Assembly (NCBI GenBank): GCA_002633005.1
Contig: NMRA01000044.1
Coordinates: 1,069,731-1,133,730, forward strand
DNA from: Phoronis australis
Taxonomy: Eukaryota > Animalia > Phoronida
Reading direction: 5' to 3'
Length of the DNA: 64,000 nt
The notes below the pieces were generated by a model. It ran no database searches. It was not told the DNA's origin and saw nothing but the letters and a program-made list of their open reading frames with translations. This document shows positions 39,401-52,600 of this stretch, one piece after another; the first letter of the stretch is position 1; each line of letters starts with the position of its first letter. The translations under genes were made by a program, and so were the position numbers.

Positions 39401-40467
39401 GTGCATCCCAGATCATAGAGTTATGGGATACAGATCCTGTAATCCAGAAGTGTGGAACAGATGACCGTCTAGTCGGTAAACAAGCAGTTGATTTTGGATC
39501 ATGCTACCTGTGGAAATTCTGGTCACTTGAAATATTACTAAAATGAAGCAATCTCTGTGGACTATATGCCTTTGTCTACAACCACAATCGCATGATCCTG
39601 TGGATACAACCACGTCTCTTGCTATCCGGCAAAAGGGTAAATACAATGTATACCATCCTTTATACAAACACTCCTGACTATACCACACCTGACCATCACA
39701 CCCTGAATAGAGCCACATATCTCTGTGAAGGCAAATCATTAAATATTATCAAAACTGTACAATTCTTTTACTTTGATCCAACTTTTACTTAACTATTGCA
39801 TAACACAGAAGCGTCTAGAAAACAACTCGTCAAGACCTTGAAAGTGGTCAGTTTGACACTTAAGCGCTTGCTCGGACTGCGTTTTACACGTCGGTACAAA
39901 ATCTGCCGAGCGCTTTCAAAAACTTCCATGACATGTTCGCTGCATATCACATGATATATTTATCACTGACTCTTCTCTCTACAACATGCATATCACTGAA
40001 CAAGCCACGTCCCCTAGGCCATCAGTGTCGTGATCCCGTAGTCATTTTATGTCACCGAGTTAACAGGCTTAAAAAAATTGGCCAATCGTGTGTAATGATG
40101 GTTTGTTTCAATACTGTTGACTCCAACAAAAGACTAGCTGTGAACAGACGACTGGTTTAGTCACAACGCAAAATGGCTATGATAGGGACTACGAGGATTA
40201 TAAGTTGGACACGATTTTATCACAAATTTCTGTAGGTTAGTCCACCAAAAGAACAAAAACATCTCGATTCATTAAGCTAATTTTTATGAGTGTGAAGTCT
40301 CATGCAGTGTGCCAAACAAAGACTTGTGGTTTGCTCAGAAAATTCAATCATCCTGAGTAGTTGAGCTAGCTGGCTGGCTACTCGGTACGTTCTCTTGCGA
40401 CCAAATTGCGTTGCGACTCGGCTATTCATTGCTCACAACATGAGATGGGTCTACACACTTGTAGCCA

Positions 40468-40671
40468 CTACAGTTGGGTATTCGTCTGAGAGTCACTAGT
40501 CATGCTCATGTTCTCTTCGTCTGTGTCCCTGTCATGGGCGGATGGCTGGGGGGGCTGCTGTAGCTCGGGAGGGGGTGGCGGGAAGTCAGCCGGCTCAAAC
40601 ACAACACTCTTGTACCTATCCTGCCACAGTTTCTGCTTTCGTTTCTCTTCAGCACGTCGACGCGAGTACTC
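40468..40671 (-). CDS. IP3R-like terminal exon
   Basis: tcttctag acceptor; EYSRRRAEEKRKQKLWQDRY...PPPPPE...NTQL then TAG. Confidence 0.8.
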   Translation of the reverse strand, partial: EYSRRRAEEKRKQKLWQDRYKSVVFEPADFPPPPPELQQPPQPSAHDRDTDEENMSMTSDSQTNTQL

Positions 40672-43600
40672 CTAGAAGACGAAATCCAAATGGCGTTGAT
40701 AGACACGGCAACATATTTATTACATGACACTAGTCACATAACACTTGGTATTACGTGAGTAATCGACTCGTCATTAGAACTAAAATTTTAGGTCAAGCTT
40801 AATCTTTTGCAATAGCCATTTTCCGATACAGCAGACATGGGAAGCTTGCTGCGTTACTAGATGGAGATAGTTTATTTTGTACACAAATCTTGCAATGACA
40901 CTCACAGTTCACATACGTGTCACTCGGGGACGGAGATTTTGAAACAACAGAATTCCAAAGTATTTTTTAAATTCTTGAGCATCATCACGTTATCAAATCC
41001 CGATAACTAATTGTTGTTAGGTTTCATGTTCAAACGATTCGCGTACAAAAATCTAAAATCTGACTGTCTTGACCACTTGACATATTTGAACTTGGGAAAC
41101 ACAGACATTGCATCGTATTGTATGACGAATATTTCCCACCACGCTGATTGACAAATAATTTTTCACTGATTTAACGATTTTTACTGACTTCAAGTGTTTC
41201 CGCTGAAACTTTGAAGCATCAACAATCCATGTTTTTCTAACAAATTCCAGAACAACGAAAATAATAAGGAAATATCCAGCGTGATTAACAGCGCCACCTA
41301 CTTCCTCCCTCTGTTTCTTCACCAGCTCCATCACGTGGTGCAGCACGTCGTCTATTTTCGTGTCGGTGAGGTCTTCTTCACGCCCGCTCACTGACAGCGC
41401 CTGGTTGAGCGGGAAGAAGTCGTGCTGCTCACGTTTCACCAGATTGCTCACGTGAAACTCCAGCGCCGTGTAGTCGTTGGGTTTGGTGTCATTGAGATGA
41501 ATGAAGAAGAATATGTATGACCACATGCTGTGCTCATGACGCACATGATGAGCAAAGCCCTGAAATTACAAAAACACTATTTTTATATTGATGTAAAATA
41601 TAAGTCATTCAGGGGAATATATACTAGGACTTACTTGAGAAAGAAATGTTTCGCCACTGTTCTTGACAAAGTCAGCAGCAATCCTATGAGTGGTTTGGCA
41701 GATAGAGAAGTGGACGTCAGAAATGTAATCAAACATTTTAAAAATGGCCACCAGGTGGTGCACACTACATCAAATCCGTCCAAAACTGGGAAGGTGTCGT
41801 TATCTCAATAGGAACCAATTTGCCAAGTGTCATGGAAACCGTCGAGATACAGTGGCAAACATTAACAACTAAAATTGCCACTAGGCCTGGGACAGAGCAG
41901 TCTGAAACTCGACATCATCGTCTGTTTTCAGCATCACAGAAACACATTTGCCAAATCTCATGATCCTGCAAGGGGTTTAAGTGATACAGTGAAGCAGATG
42001 CCCAGACTGAGGTGACATCAATATGCACCCACATACTAATATGTGTGCTCATAAAAAGAGTACATAGGACCTCACAACACGTGTGCATGCATTTAAACCA
42101 ATCAACATTACAAATTTCAAGTCTCAAATTGTTCCTTCATCAAATTGGAGGTGATTTCAGGGCTTTTGAAGAACTGGTAGCTCTACTAGCTGACTTGTCA
42201 TGACGTGTCCTTCAGGGTGCACAGATCGTGATCTCGAGCGATAACGACCTGTCAGTAATTTGCAAACCTAGAAAATTGACATCTGGATAAGGAACAAGTC
42301 AAAACTAGTTTTCGAGCAGCAAGTGACCTAAGTATGGCGAAAATTCTTGAGTTTGGGACACAATTTGGTGAATTTACATTTTGTCAAATTTCTCAACAAA
42401 AATAACTTTTCAGGAAAAATTACTTTCATTGCTTATAGCACGGTTTGTATGCTGTAGCTAATAGCAAATGGCATTTGGTAAAATTTTAAGCATATGCAAC
42501 AATGTGGTAAGCCTCTGAAAAATAGAAATTTAGCAATTTTAGCAATTATTTTTGTCCCAAATTGAAGAATTTTTACCATAAACAGTTCACTTCCTAGACT
42601 GGAACACAGGTTTATATGCTGCAGTGCTTCAAAATCTGTTATAGGTGAAGCATCGCAAAGAGACATATCGGCCTAATTGCGTGTGCATACCGCGCACCAA
42701 TCTTTGGTCAGCTACTTTTGGAAAGCTGCATTATTCAAACCAAGGGGTACTCACCAAACCATGATGTTCAAAGTCGTGACTGCCTCTGTTGCATATGAAG
42801 CACGTGTCTCTCATGTCTGACTCGGCTGTCCACTGCAAACCATTGATCATTATCAGTATAGTTCAACGACGCTACATCTATTCTATAGCAATAATGTCTG
42901 AATAACGTCTGTCAGTTGCATTTTGACCCATTTAACAGGCTAAAAAGCGAAAATTGAATGGGCCTTCACTCTCATAAAATCAGTCCCATAATATTCCTTA
43001 TTGCGATAGGATTCTACTAGTAGAGCACAAGACCATATTCGATTTTTGTTTTTAGCTGGCTATAAAAGAGGACAAAATGCAGGACTGGTTTAAATAAGAA
43101 ATGGCTTCCTAAAGCTCGCTTTCACCGACTGGCAGATTCATCAAGTTTTCAGTCATGTGTAATTCATCAAAGCCAGTACGCCACAGATACAAATCTAGTG
43201 CGGTAACAACACTACAAAGTGCGTCACTTAGAAAGGCATCATTGGTCTCACCTTTAAGTCACGCAGCTCTGAGAATGTATCCACGATGATACCAAAGATA
43301 ACGTTCAGACCGATGGTGGTGATGAAAATGAAGAAGGAAATGTGGAAGATGGCGTACAGCGCGAACAAGAAGAACGTCGCTTGGGTGACGTTAACATTAA
43401 GTTTCTACAACAAATTAATACAAATTAATGATTAGAAAAACAGTCCCCATAAGCCGTAAAGCCAATAGAAGCCACGGGTTTGCTAAATTCAAACGCGCTC
43501 AAGGCTAAGTCATGTTTACAGTCTATCGTGAATGGTAACACCAGTAAATTTGATTCCTACCCTATGTTGAGAGCATCGCTCTGGGCCCACCAGAAGCCAT

Positions 43601-46600
43601 AAATTAACAAGTGCAATAAGTTGCTTATTGGCTCGCTTTTGTTTATAAAACACCCTGAGAATCAATTTCAATTCAAACAGCTGCAAATAATACCCCCATG
43701 CAAGGGATTCTTCTGGAACAGAAATTTGGTGTCACATGAAATCCAAGGCAAAATCTTGTGACAATTTCGTCATGGTTAAACAAGGAATAATTAATTCCGT
43801 TTCAGTGACACAGTAGATAAGCCTTGTAAATAAAATCGTATCAAACGTTATTGCAGGTTGAACGTTACATATTCCACTACAGTGTGTTGTTACCATGACA
43901 ACATAATCAGTCAACTTTTCTCTATGCGTTGCAGTCTATTGTGTACTTTACAAAATCTTAAAATATGGAACTTTCATCTACTTAATCGAATACACCGGGG
44001 TCTGATGATTTGGAAAACCAAATAAATTTCAGACACTGAGGTTTGACACAGTGTTCCATGCATCAATCAAAAGCTGCCTACATCAAAGATGTCTCCGACG
44101 AGCCCATAACGCATCACCGTCACTGTGCACTGCCACAAGGTGTCACAATATGCCTGGTTGGAGATCGGTAGGAATGCGCTGCGCATGAAAGCAAAACTGA
44201 TAAGACCGTAGAGATAGAAGATGACCACGCCGAGGACACCAACCCAAAACAGCGACAGGCCTGAAAAAGAAAATTTACCTCTCAAACATTTTATGTGTTA
44301 GCAGGACGCTTATCAAACAGCTATTTAGATATAAGTAATAACGGAGTAACAACCACTAATGCCAGGGGCGTTCACATATTAAATGATTCCAGAGATTTAA
44401 TAATGAGTGCGTGGGATTCATGCTGAACCCATCACGCGTTATAAATCAGATGGCAGGTAATACAAAACATATTACCGTAATTATTCAAAATTTCTGGAAA
44501 AACTCCCTTGAAATTATCTTCCAACGTTGTGGACTCCTGCAGGAAAGAGCCAAATGGCTACGCAACGTCGAGAGAAAATTTCAATTGAGTTTTCCCGCGG
44601 TTCAGGTTTAGAATTACGATTTTTGCATCAAATACTTTGCCTGGATGAATGATTACGTCCATCATCTAAGGTGGTTTGATACTGAGCTGAACGAATATTG
44701 TAGGAACAAAGTTAAATTTTCACAAAGCAAAGAGCCTGCACATTTTAAGTAACACCGATAGTAATCTATGAGATTATTGAAGATCACAAAAGAAAAAGAG
44801 AAACTATTAGTAAGCTTAACGTGCATAACAGAATTTCAAATGGCGATTAACATCTGTTACTTTTCATGATGGGCAAATGGTCAAAATTCTTGAAATTTAT
44901 AATCCACCAGACCTGATAATGAACAAATTCAGTGAACCTATAAAAAATTGACAAAGGTCGGAAATTTGAGACCAGCATGTAATTTTCTGTATGGAGCATT
45001 TTAAATTTATTTTTCAATTTCCCTTAAAACGGAACTGCTTTGAGATAGTACTGTCAAGTGATTGACAGTCACAATTCAACTGTTACCATTCTGAGTGACA
45101 GCTTTTATGACTCCCTGTAACAGCTGGTTGTTGTTGACGATGTTGATCAGGTGGAAAGCAAAAAAGTAGCCCTCCGCCTTTGTACCTGCAGCGGACATGG
45201 CAACAAACACCTGTAATAATAATCATGACAACAATATTATCACTTATGATTATTAATAAATAATAAACAATTAATAATTATAACAAAAGCAACTATAACA
45301 AAAACAGTTAATAACAACAATAATAATATGATACACATTTATTTATTTTTATTTTATTTATTTATTTGATATTTAAAATGAGGGTGGCCTCTTCAGTGAT
45401 AGCACTGCTTTCCAAGAGGGCCCTCAATCTCTATAAACTGAGAAAACTTGGTAGTAAGAATCACAAATACGAACAGCGCTGTCATTCACAAAATGCTCCT
45501 ATTTTTGCGATACCTTTCAACTGACAAAGCTTTGAATGTGTTCTAGATCTCGGGAAAACAAAGTAAAGAGTATGTATAAGTCGTGACGTACTAAGTAATA
45601 CAGTGTGGTGAAGCTAAAGAGATTGATGTCCAGCTTGGAGACGTCTTCATCATCATCATCATCATCGTCGTCGTCATCATCCTCAAGTTCTTGAACAGTG
45701 TTTTCTTTGTTACGAAACCGGCTGAAATGTTTAAATATAAATTAAATATTTAAGTTATCAATTTAACATTTCTCATTTTTGATGAAGCACCACAGGATTT
45801 AGTAAAAAATGTTGCACTAAACTCTTTAATATGACCACGTTTCCATGGAAATTATCAACCAAAGTACGAAACTATTATTAACAACACGAGGGTTAGGTTT
45901 TGTCTTCCTGTGCTGCAAAATCTCATCAGGACACAATAAGGCTGACAAGCAAAATTTCATTTTTTCATAAAAGATTAGTATAAACATCAAAATAAATGCA
46001 ATATGATTTTTAAAGCATTATACTAACAGCCACAATCAGACAAAAATTCTGAGAAATTGTGGACATTCATAACAAAGTCAAAAGCCTTTCAAAAATGGAA
46101 AAAACAATTTTGGCAATAATTATAGCAGCAAAAAACAAAAATTTTTGCAATTCTAGTCAGTTACAAAAACTAAAGACTAAGTACCGTTTCAGTTTCCGAA
46201 TCCAGCCAAAATTTGGTAGCCGTGGATGATTCGACAGGAAGTAACTGATGAGAACAAAGAGGGAGAACAGATTGTGAGCTCCGCCCAATCCAAGGATCCA
46301 GAACTGGTAACCAGGTACTGAGGATGTCACAGGCCAGGGGCTGAAACATTGTGTAATAAATAAGAATTGGTTAAATCAGGTACTGAGGATGTCACAGGCC
46401 AGGGGCTGAAACATTGTGTAATAAATAAGAATTGGTTAAATCAGGTACTGAGGATGTCACAGGCAAGGGATTGAAACATTGTGTAATGATTAGAATTGGT
46501 AGTCACGCAGACCTGTGTACCACCAAAACTGCATTTGAGTATTTTGGACAACAGCTTTACATACTTTTCAGTAAATTTGCCAATTTTCATGTAGAGACCA

Positions 46601-49600
46601 AACCTTGAAAATTCAAACTTTTCAGCATGTTGGCATATTGACACTGTGTTTAGTTCAACTTTTCACAGATAAAATTAATTAATGATTTGACCGACAATTT
46701 CCAGAATTCTCCACTGCTCTCCCATAAATATAACATGCAATGTGACATGAATACAAAATACTGAGTAACACGTATAAATACTATGTAAGGCTAAAACTAC
46801 CATACTTGGTACTGATTTGTCCCCGACTCATTTTGAAACTTGCATAATAACACAAGGAGGTGTCAAGACAGATGAGCAGAAGAAAGCGCCATCTGTGAGT
46901 CTAGTCATAGTTCACACCAATCACATGGGTTCACATGCATGCCATCCCCTGCTAAGTACTTTAATAACAAAGCTATACTTTGTCTCTACTCACTCAGCCA
47001 CAGAGTTTGGTAGTACAGTTGGTGAAGAGGCGTTCTTTTCGATGTCCATCATGGTCGGATGGCGTGCCTCCCAGGAGATCAACATCAGAATGTTGATAGC
47101 TAAACTCAGCAGTATACAAGCATAGTTCCACACCAACCTGGACGGAAAAGTTATTTTAGTGTTTATTACGAAAAATGCAATGTACAATAATCAGTGTTAA
47201 GACCAGAAATCACTAAGAAAGCATTATATTTGGGCAGAAGAGTAGTCAGATGACAATGTGATATAATCGTATATACAATACCCATTCCAGGCAGTGCTAT
47301 TCAGAATTAACAGGGGTAATAAAACAATTACATTCTCAGCCAGGATCACAAACCCTTTGTTGTGTTTACTTACGCAGGCCAACTGGAACACTTGTATGAC
47401 TAAGAGCAAGGCTCACAAAAATTGCCTGCATATCAATTTCGATTGTGTGGTAATGACGCCTATGATTTACAAAGGTCTGTAAAATTCTATGCCGCTATGC
47501 GAACTAGTTACTCCCTCCAAGCCCAAAAAGCCAGGGAATGGTCATTAAATTTAGGCAAATAGGCTGTGCAGGGAGGTCTGATCACCAAATTATAAAGCCA
47601 ACAGGAAAAAATATTTCCGCTGATTACAGGCAAGATGATGGGAAGCAAAGAATTTGATGCAAAAATCCCAGTTGAAACTGATTATACTCTTGCAGGGTCT
47701 GATGGGGAGACTCCTTTGACCAAGAGACAGTTTGTTAAAAGAGCTTGTACACCTCTTCACTAACAATGAATGTTAACTTTAATTCTTTTTAATATATAAA
47801 ATTGATGATACACCAAAGCCAGACAAGACTTACTAGTTCAATTTTGTATCGACATGGTTCCTTCTGAATCCATAAATTCCTTCTTTACATTTCAGTTGAC
47901 AAACCTGAGTTTATGAAAACATTCAACTAAATTCAGAAACAGTAAACATATCGTTGTCCAATTCCAGCAAATGAAATCTCTCACCAGAACTTTGTAAAGA
48001 AGACGGCTAGAGGGTTGCGGAGGATTTTACGCTGGAAGTAGATGTCTTTAAGGATGTCTTTAGACCACTGCATCAAGTCACGGATTTTGTTGCTAGGAGA
48101 CGATCGGTCGACTTCCCACTTCAACTTTTCCTTAACTTCCTCTCGCAGCACATTCTGGAAATTTTGGAGATTTTTATTAACTGCACTTTGTAGCACAACT
48201 ACTCGACAGCATTTGTTAAAGCAGCATTACACCGATGTTTAACTATCAATGTTGAATTCTTAGCATTAAGCACTTTGGGGGTTGAGCGTAGTAGTGCTTT
48301 AAAAAACATTACCGCGCTCATATGACTTTGAATTACTGCTGAATGAGTCGACAACATGTCATGGGTAATGTGTACAAATCCACAACAGGGTCGGGCAACC
48401 CCAATAAACTCTAAAGCAATATTCCTAAGTCGCTGAATCAAAAGTTCTTGTGAGCAACAAAAATAACTGTTCTTATCACGGCGAGCAGTATTATGGAGCC
48501 AATCTATGAAATCACCTGATTTGATTTAAATTTGTTGTTTGACCAGCTAAAGAGCAAAATGCAGATTTAAGAAGAATTACTTGATGAAGTAATAATAAAA
48601 TTAAATATTTATTATACTCTTGTTGGTCATAATGGACCAGTTATTTCACCCATCTCGCTCACAAAGTCTTGCCATCACAAAGAGCACTTTATTAGTCTGA
48701 ATATGTAGCTAACGAGCATAAATTTTCAAGATAGGAAAAGAACCCCAAATGCACCAATTCAACGTTTCATCCAATACTAAATTCTGGTGGTCATAATTAA
48801 AGACGATGGAATGTAATTCATTCACAGAACTTAGTGATGTTAGACTGTTGTACATGAATCATTTGAATATATTGGGGTGGTGATCTGACATCATGGTGAC
48901 AGCAGAAAATTATAAGTGCTAAGAAATTGCAGATTACAATCTCCATTAGAGTGCAAGTTTCGACACAAAAATACTCTAACGCCATCTACTGACCCAACAA
49001 ACTTCAACATAATATCCCTACATCGGAAGTTCGCTTATTAGCATTTAACATAACAAGAACAGCAAAATAAAAAATTAACATTCTTTGTCAATTTATTACA
49101 CAAAATATGTACAAAATTTGTTAAGAACTAAGCCCCTGTGCTACAAACAGTTGACAGTAATTTTCAAGTTTACTAAAAAAAAACATTCTATGTCCTGTAA
49201 GAAATAGTCAATAAAACCACCAGGTGGCGTGCCATACCTTGTTTGTGACCCTAAAGTGCACTTTCTGAAGATAACCATCTTTCATGACCTCCACTGACAG
49301 AGAGTACTTCTGGAAGTATTTATAAGCCTGCATCTGTTCAACAGTCAGCTTCAGCTCTGGAACATAGAGAGAGAGACACAGAGTTTACATACTAGACACC
49401 AAGACATGTGCTATCCCATAATTTATGTATTATATCCCATAATTTATGAATTCTACCTTATAATTCAACTTTCCAACCACACCAACCAATTGGTACACTG
49501 GCCTCCATTTCATTTAGGTCACACTAGTAATATCTCAAGAATACTCTGGGAAACATTCGCTTTTCACTCGCATGATTTTGGGTGATCTGAATTTTCGTGC

Positions 49601-52600
49601 AAGAAAACTAATTGTTCTATGGAATGCTATGCTGGTTTTTAACAGAAATATTGTATACTAAGAACTTCTGGAATCACTTTATCCTTGTAATCAGACTGTA
49701 TCAGTCTATAAATTTAGCACGAAAAGGTACACAGTCCTCATTGTTATCATACAATAGCCCACCGTAAACTCACCATGAGTGTAATAGTTCGGCGACTCTA
49801 TGTCGTTGAATCGAGCGATAGTCAGATAGTAACCAAACCCAACATCAAACAAGTGATCCTTCAGCTCGTTGGTTTTTGAACTGTCCTGAAACAAACAATC
49901 ATGGATCAATGTAAAAATTCATGCAAATTAGAGACCCTGTGGCAATAGTCTGATATAACGTGTCCGCATTTTGAGAACCAGTTGATGCCCGTTGGTAAGT
50001 GGAGAAACTGGTTATCAAAATGTGGACGCGACGTTATATTTGACAACTACTGACTCTGCAAGACCTTAAAATACCACAAATTGTTTCCATTATTTTTTTT
50101 GAAAATTCCTGCAGTGGCGCAGCATTTTGCCAAGTTAGGTGGACATATTTCCAATAGCTAAAGTCACGTGATGCCCTCTGAAATGAATGGGAACTGTTTC
50201 ATTTTGGACTACAGATCTGTAAAGTACAAATTTTCTGAAAGTAAAAAGCTTTTAAACTTAATGTTTACTTTTATACCAATACGTCTTTAAATTGGCCAAG
50301 TGACCGTAATCTTTTTTAGTAAAATTTAGCAAATCAATGGTATCAACTCAGTTGTCAAATTTCGTTTGATTTAAAATTAATGTTCAAGAAGAAATCTTAA
50401 AAACGCAGTAAAAATTTACAGTTTTCTATAGTACCCATTTCATTTTTGTTTCATGCAACTCTAGAAAAATCCTAAGTCATATTATTTATGCAAAATCGGA
50501 GCATTTTGAGACAATTCCTCGCAGCGTTTTGGAAAACAACAAAGCCAGCATGTGAAAGCTGCATTTGAATCCGATCAATCGTTTCTGAGAAACAATGCTC
50601 TAAGGTTAACTAAATTTGAACATTTAGTTTTTCTAGGGTCCTACATCATCCACACACTTAGATTAAAACAGCTTCAAATTTGATGTTCAATCGCATGTAA
50701 ACCCGGCAATAAAATGTCATACCATCATGTCTTTCAATAGGCCAGCACCAGCCTGAGCTATGTTCTTTGCCTTGCCCTTGATATTCTTGGTGTTAGTCAC
50801 TGACTTGGTTGACTGGGGCTAAAAATGTACGGTAAACTATTAATTTACTGATCAGCGTAAAAGGGAAGCATCTACCATGTGATAGTATAATTTACCATTA
50901 TGTTAAACATACACAAAGTATGTGCCGTCATGTAAAAGGTAAGAAAGTTTTAGTAATATTACCATACAAAAGGTCGGGAAAGTATTGACCACCATGTAAA
51001 TAGCAAGGAAATTACTTACCATCACGCCAAAGGTGAATAAAGTATTTACCATTATCAAAGGTACAAATTAGTCTTCATAGGTATACCAGAAATTTCTGGC
51101 TACTAGAATGCTTTCTTCCACAGAATGAAACCATAAAAGTAGAATACGTGCAATTTGCTGAGACTCGTCTGCATGCTTGTGACCTATTATTTGTTGATTT
51201 TTGTTTTATTTGTATCGTATTATTTATTTAATTTTTGTCATTTTTTTGAGATTAGACGTCCTACCACAATAGCCTGATGGCATTCAGTCATCACTCGGAT
51301 CAAGGCGTCTCTGTCGATGGTATCCTTAACTTCCTTAGCCACCAGTTGGGGCTCCGGACCATTCTCTTCGACCAATGAGTGGAGTAACGTGGATATCACC
51401 TTGCGAAGCTCCAGTTGCTGAAAAAAGACAGCAAATCAAATTGGGAAAATGTGGAATTGCCGTTTCAAACAAGATTTTAGGTTAAAAAAGACACTTTAGT
51501 GCATTTGACGAAATAGTTAATCTTTCAAGAGAGCTACGTCAACATTAAGTTTTTAAACTTCCTCTTATAAATTGTACTGGTGCTGGCTGAATGTCACGCA
51601 TTCCAATTTTGCAGACAAGTTCAATACTCGTAGACGGAGGAGACTTTCAAGCTGATTTGCAGAGGAATAACGAAAATGGGGTTTGTGTACATTAATATGA
51701 CGAAAGAAGATGTCAACTAAATATCAAATAAAATCTGCATGATGTTTAACAACACAATATTTGCTGGTAAAAGTTACATTTAGTCGCGCAATAGTTACCT
51801 TATCCCAGGGACAGTCCTTGTATTTGCCTGCCCTCAGAATAAAGTTCATGTAGTCGATAATCTTGTTGTCTAACATGACCACACGGTTGGGCTGGTTACC
51901 CTACAACACGAGACAGGAGTGATAACACACAGCGGCATGATCAACGATGTTAGTTGTGAATTCAGATGTTTAGTGGTGACGTATCTGTCACTATTGTGAC
52001 GTGATTTGGACCCACGAAAAGGAATAGAAATGCCCACTCAGTCATATAAAATTTTCAATAATTTTGCTGGTCTTGGATTTGTTTTCGATTCAGGTAACAA
52101 AGGGAAGCAATTTAGCACTTGAAATTTTTACAAAATTATGTGTTTGGATTGTTCAGTGCCGTCTGACAATAGTTTTACGCACTATATGCTCCCGGGAAGT
52201 TTAAAACGATTACGATTGCCCAGGTGCATGGCCAGGTAATAATTTTTGAAGTGCTTAGTAACTTCCATAGCTACGTAAATCGAGCCTAATCATTATTATT
52301 GTTTTTAATTTTGGCATTTTAATTTTGTTGTACTGGGTCCTCAATGTCAAAATGACGTCGTTCTAAACAAGCGAATTACATTTTGGGCTAATTTCATCAA
52401 CTAAAAGCAGTGTCGTGAATACTCATTCATTTGATCAGGATCCAGATATAACGTGTATCCACTTGATCCATGACAGTCACACTGTGGATTTTTGCAAGGA
52501 TTCGACTGGTTTGCAGAGAAAATTTCTCAGAGTGATTACTGAGCGACAAAATAGTAGATTGCAACTTTTTAAATGAAAATGCAGAATCTAGGACATAATC

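Noticed and set aside
40506-40730. Listed 74-aa minus-strand ORF as the channel C-terminus
   Set aside because: Splice phase selects a different frame (40671-40468, EYSRRRAEEK...).
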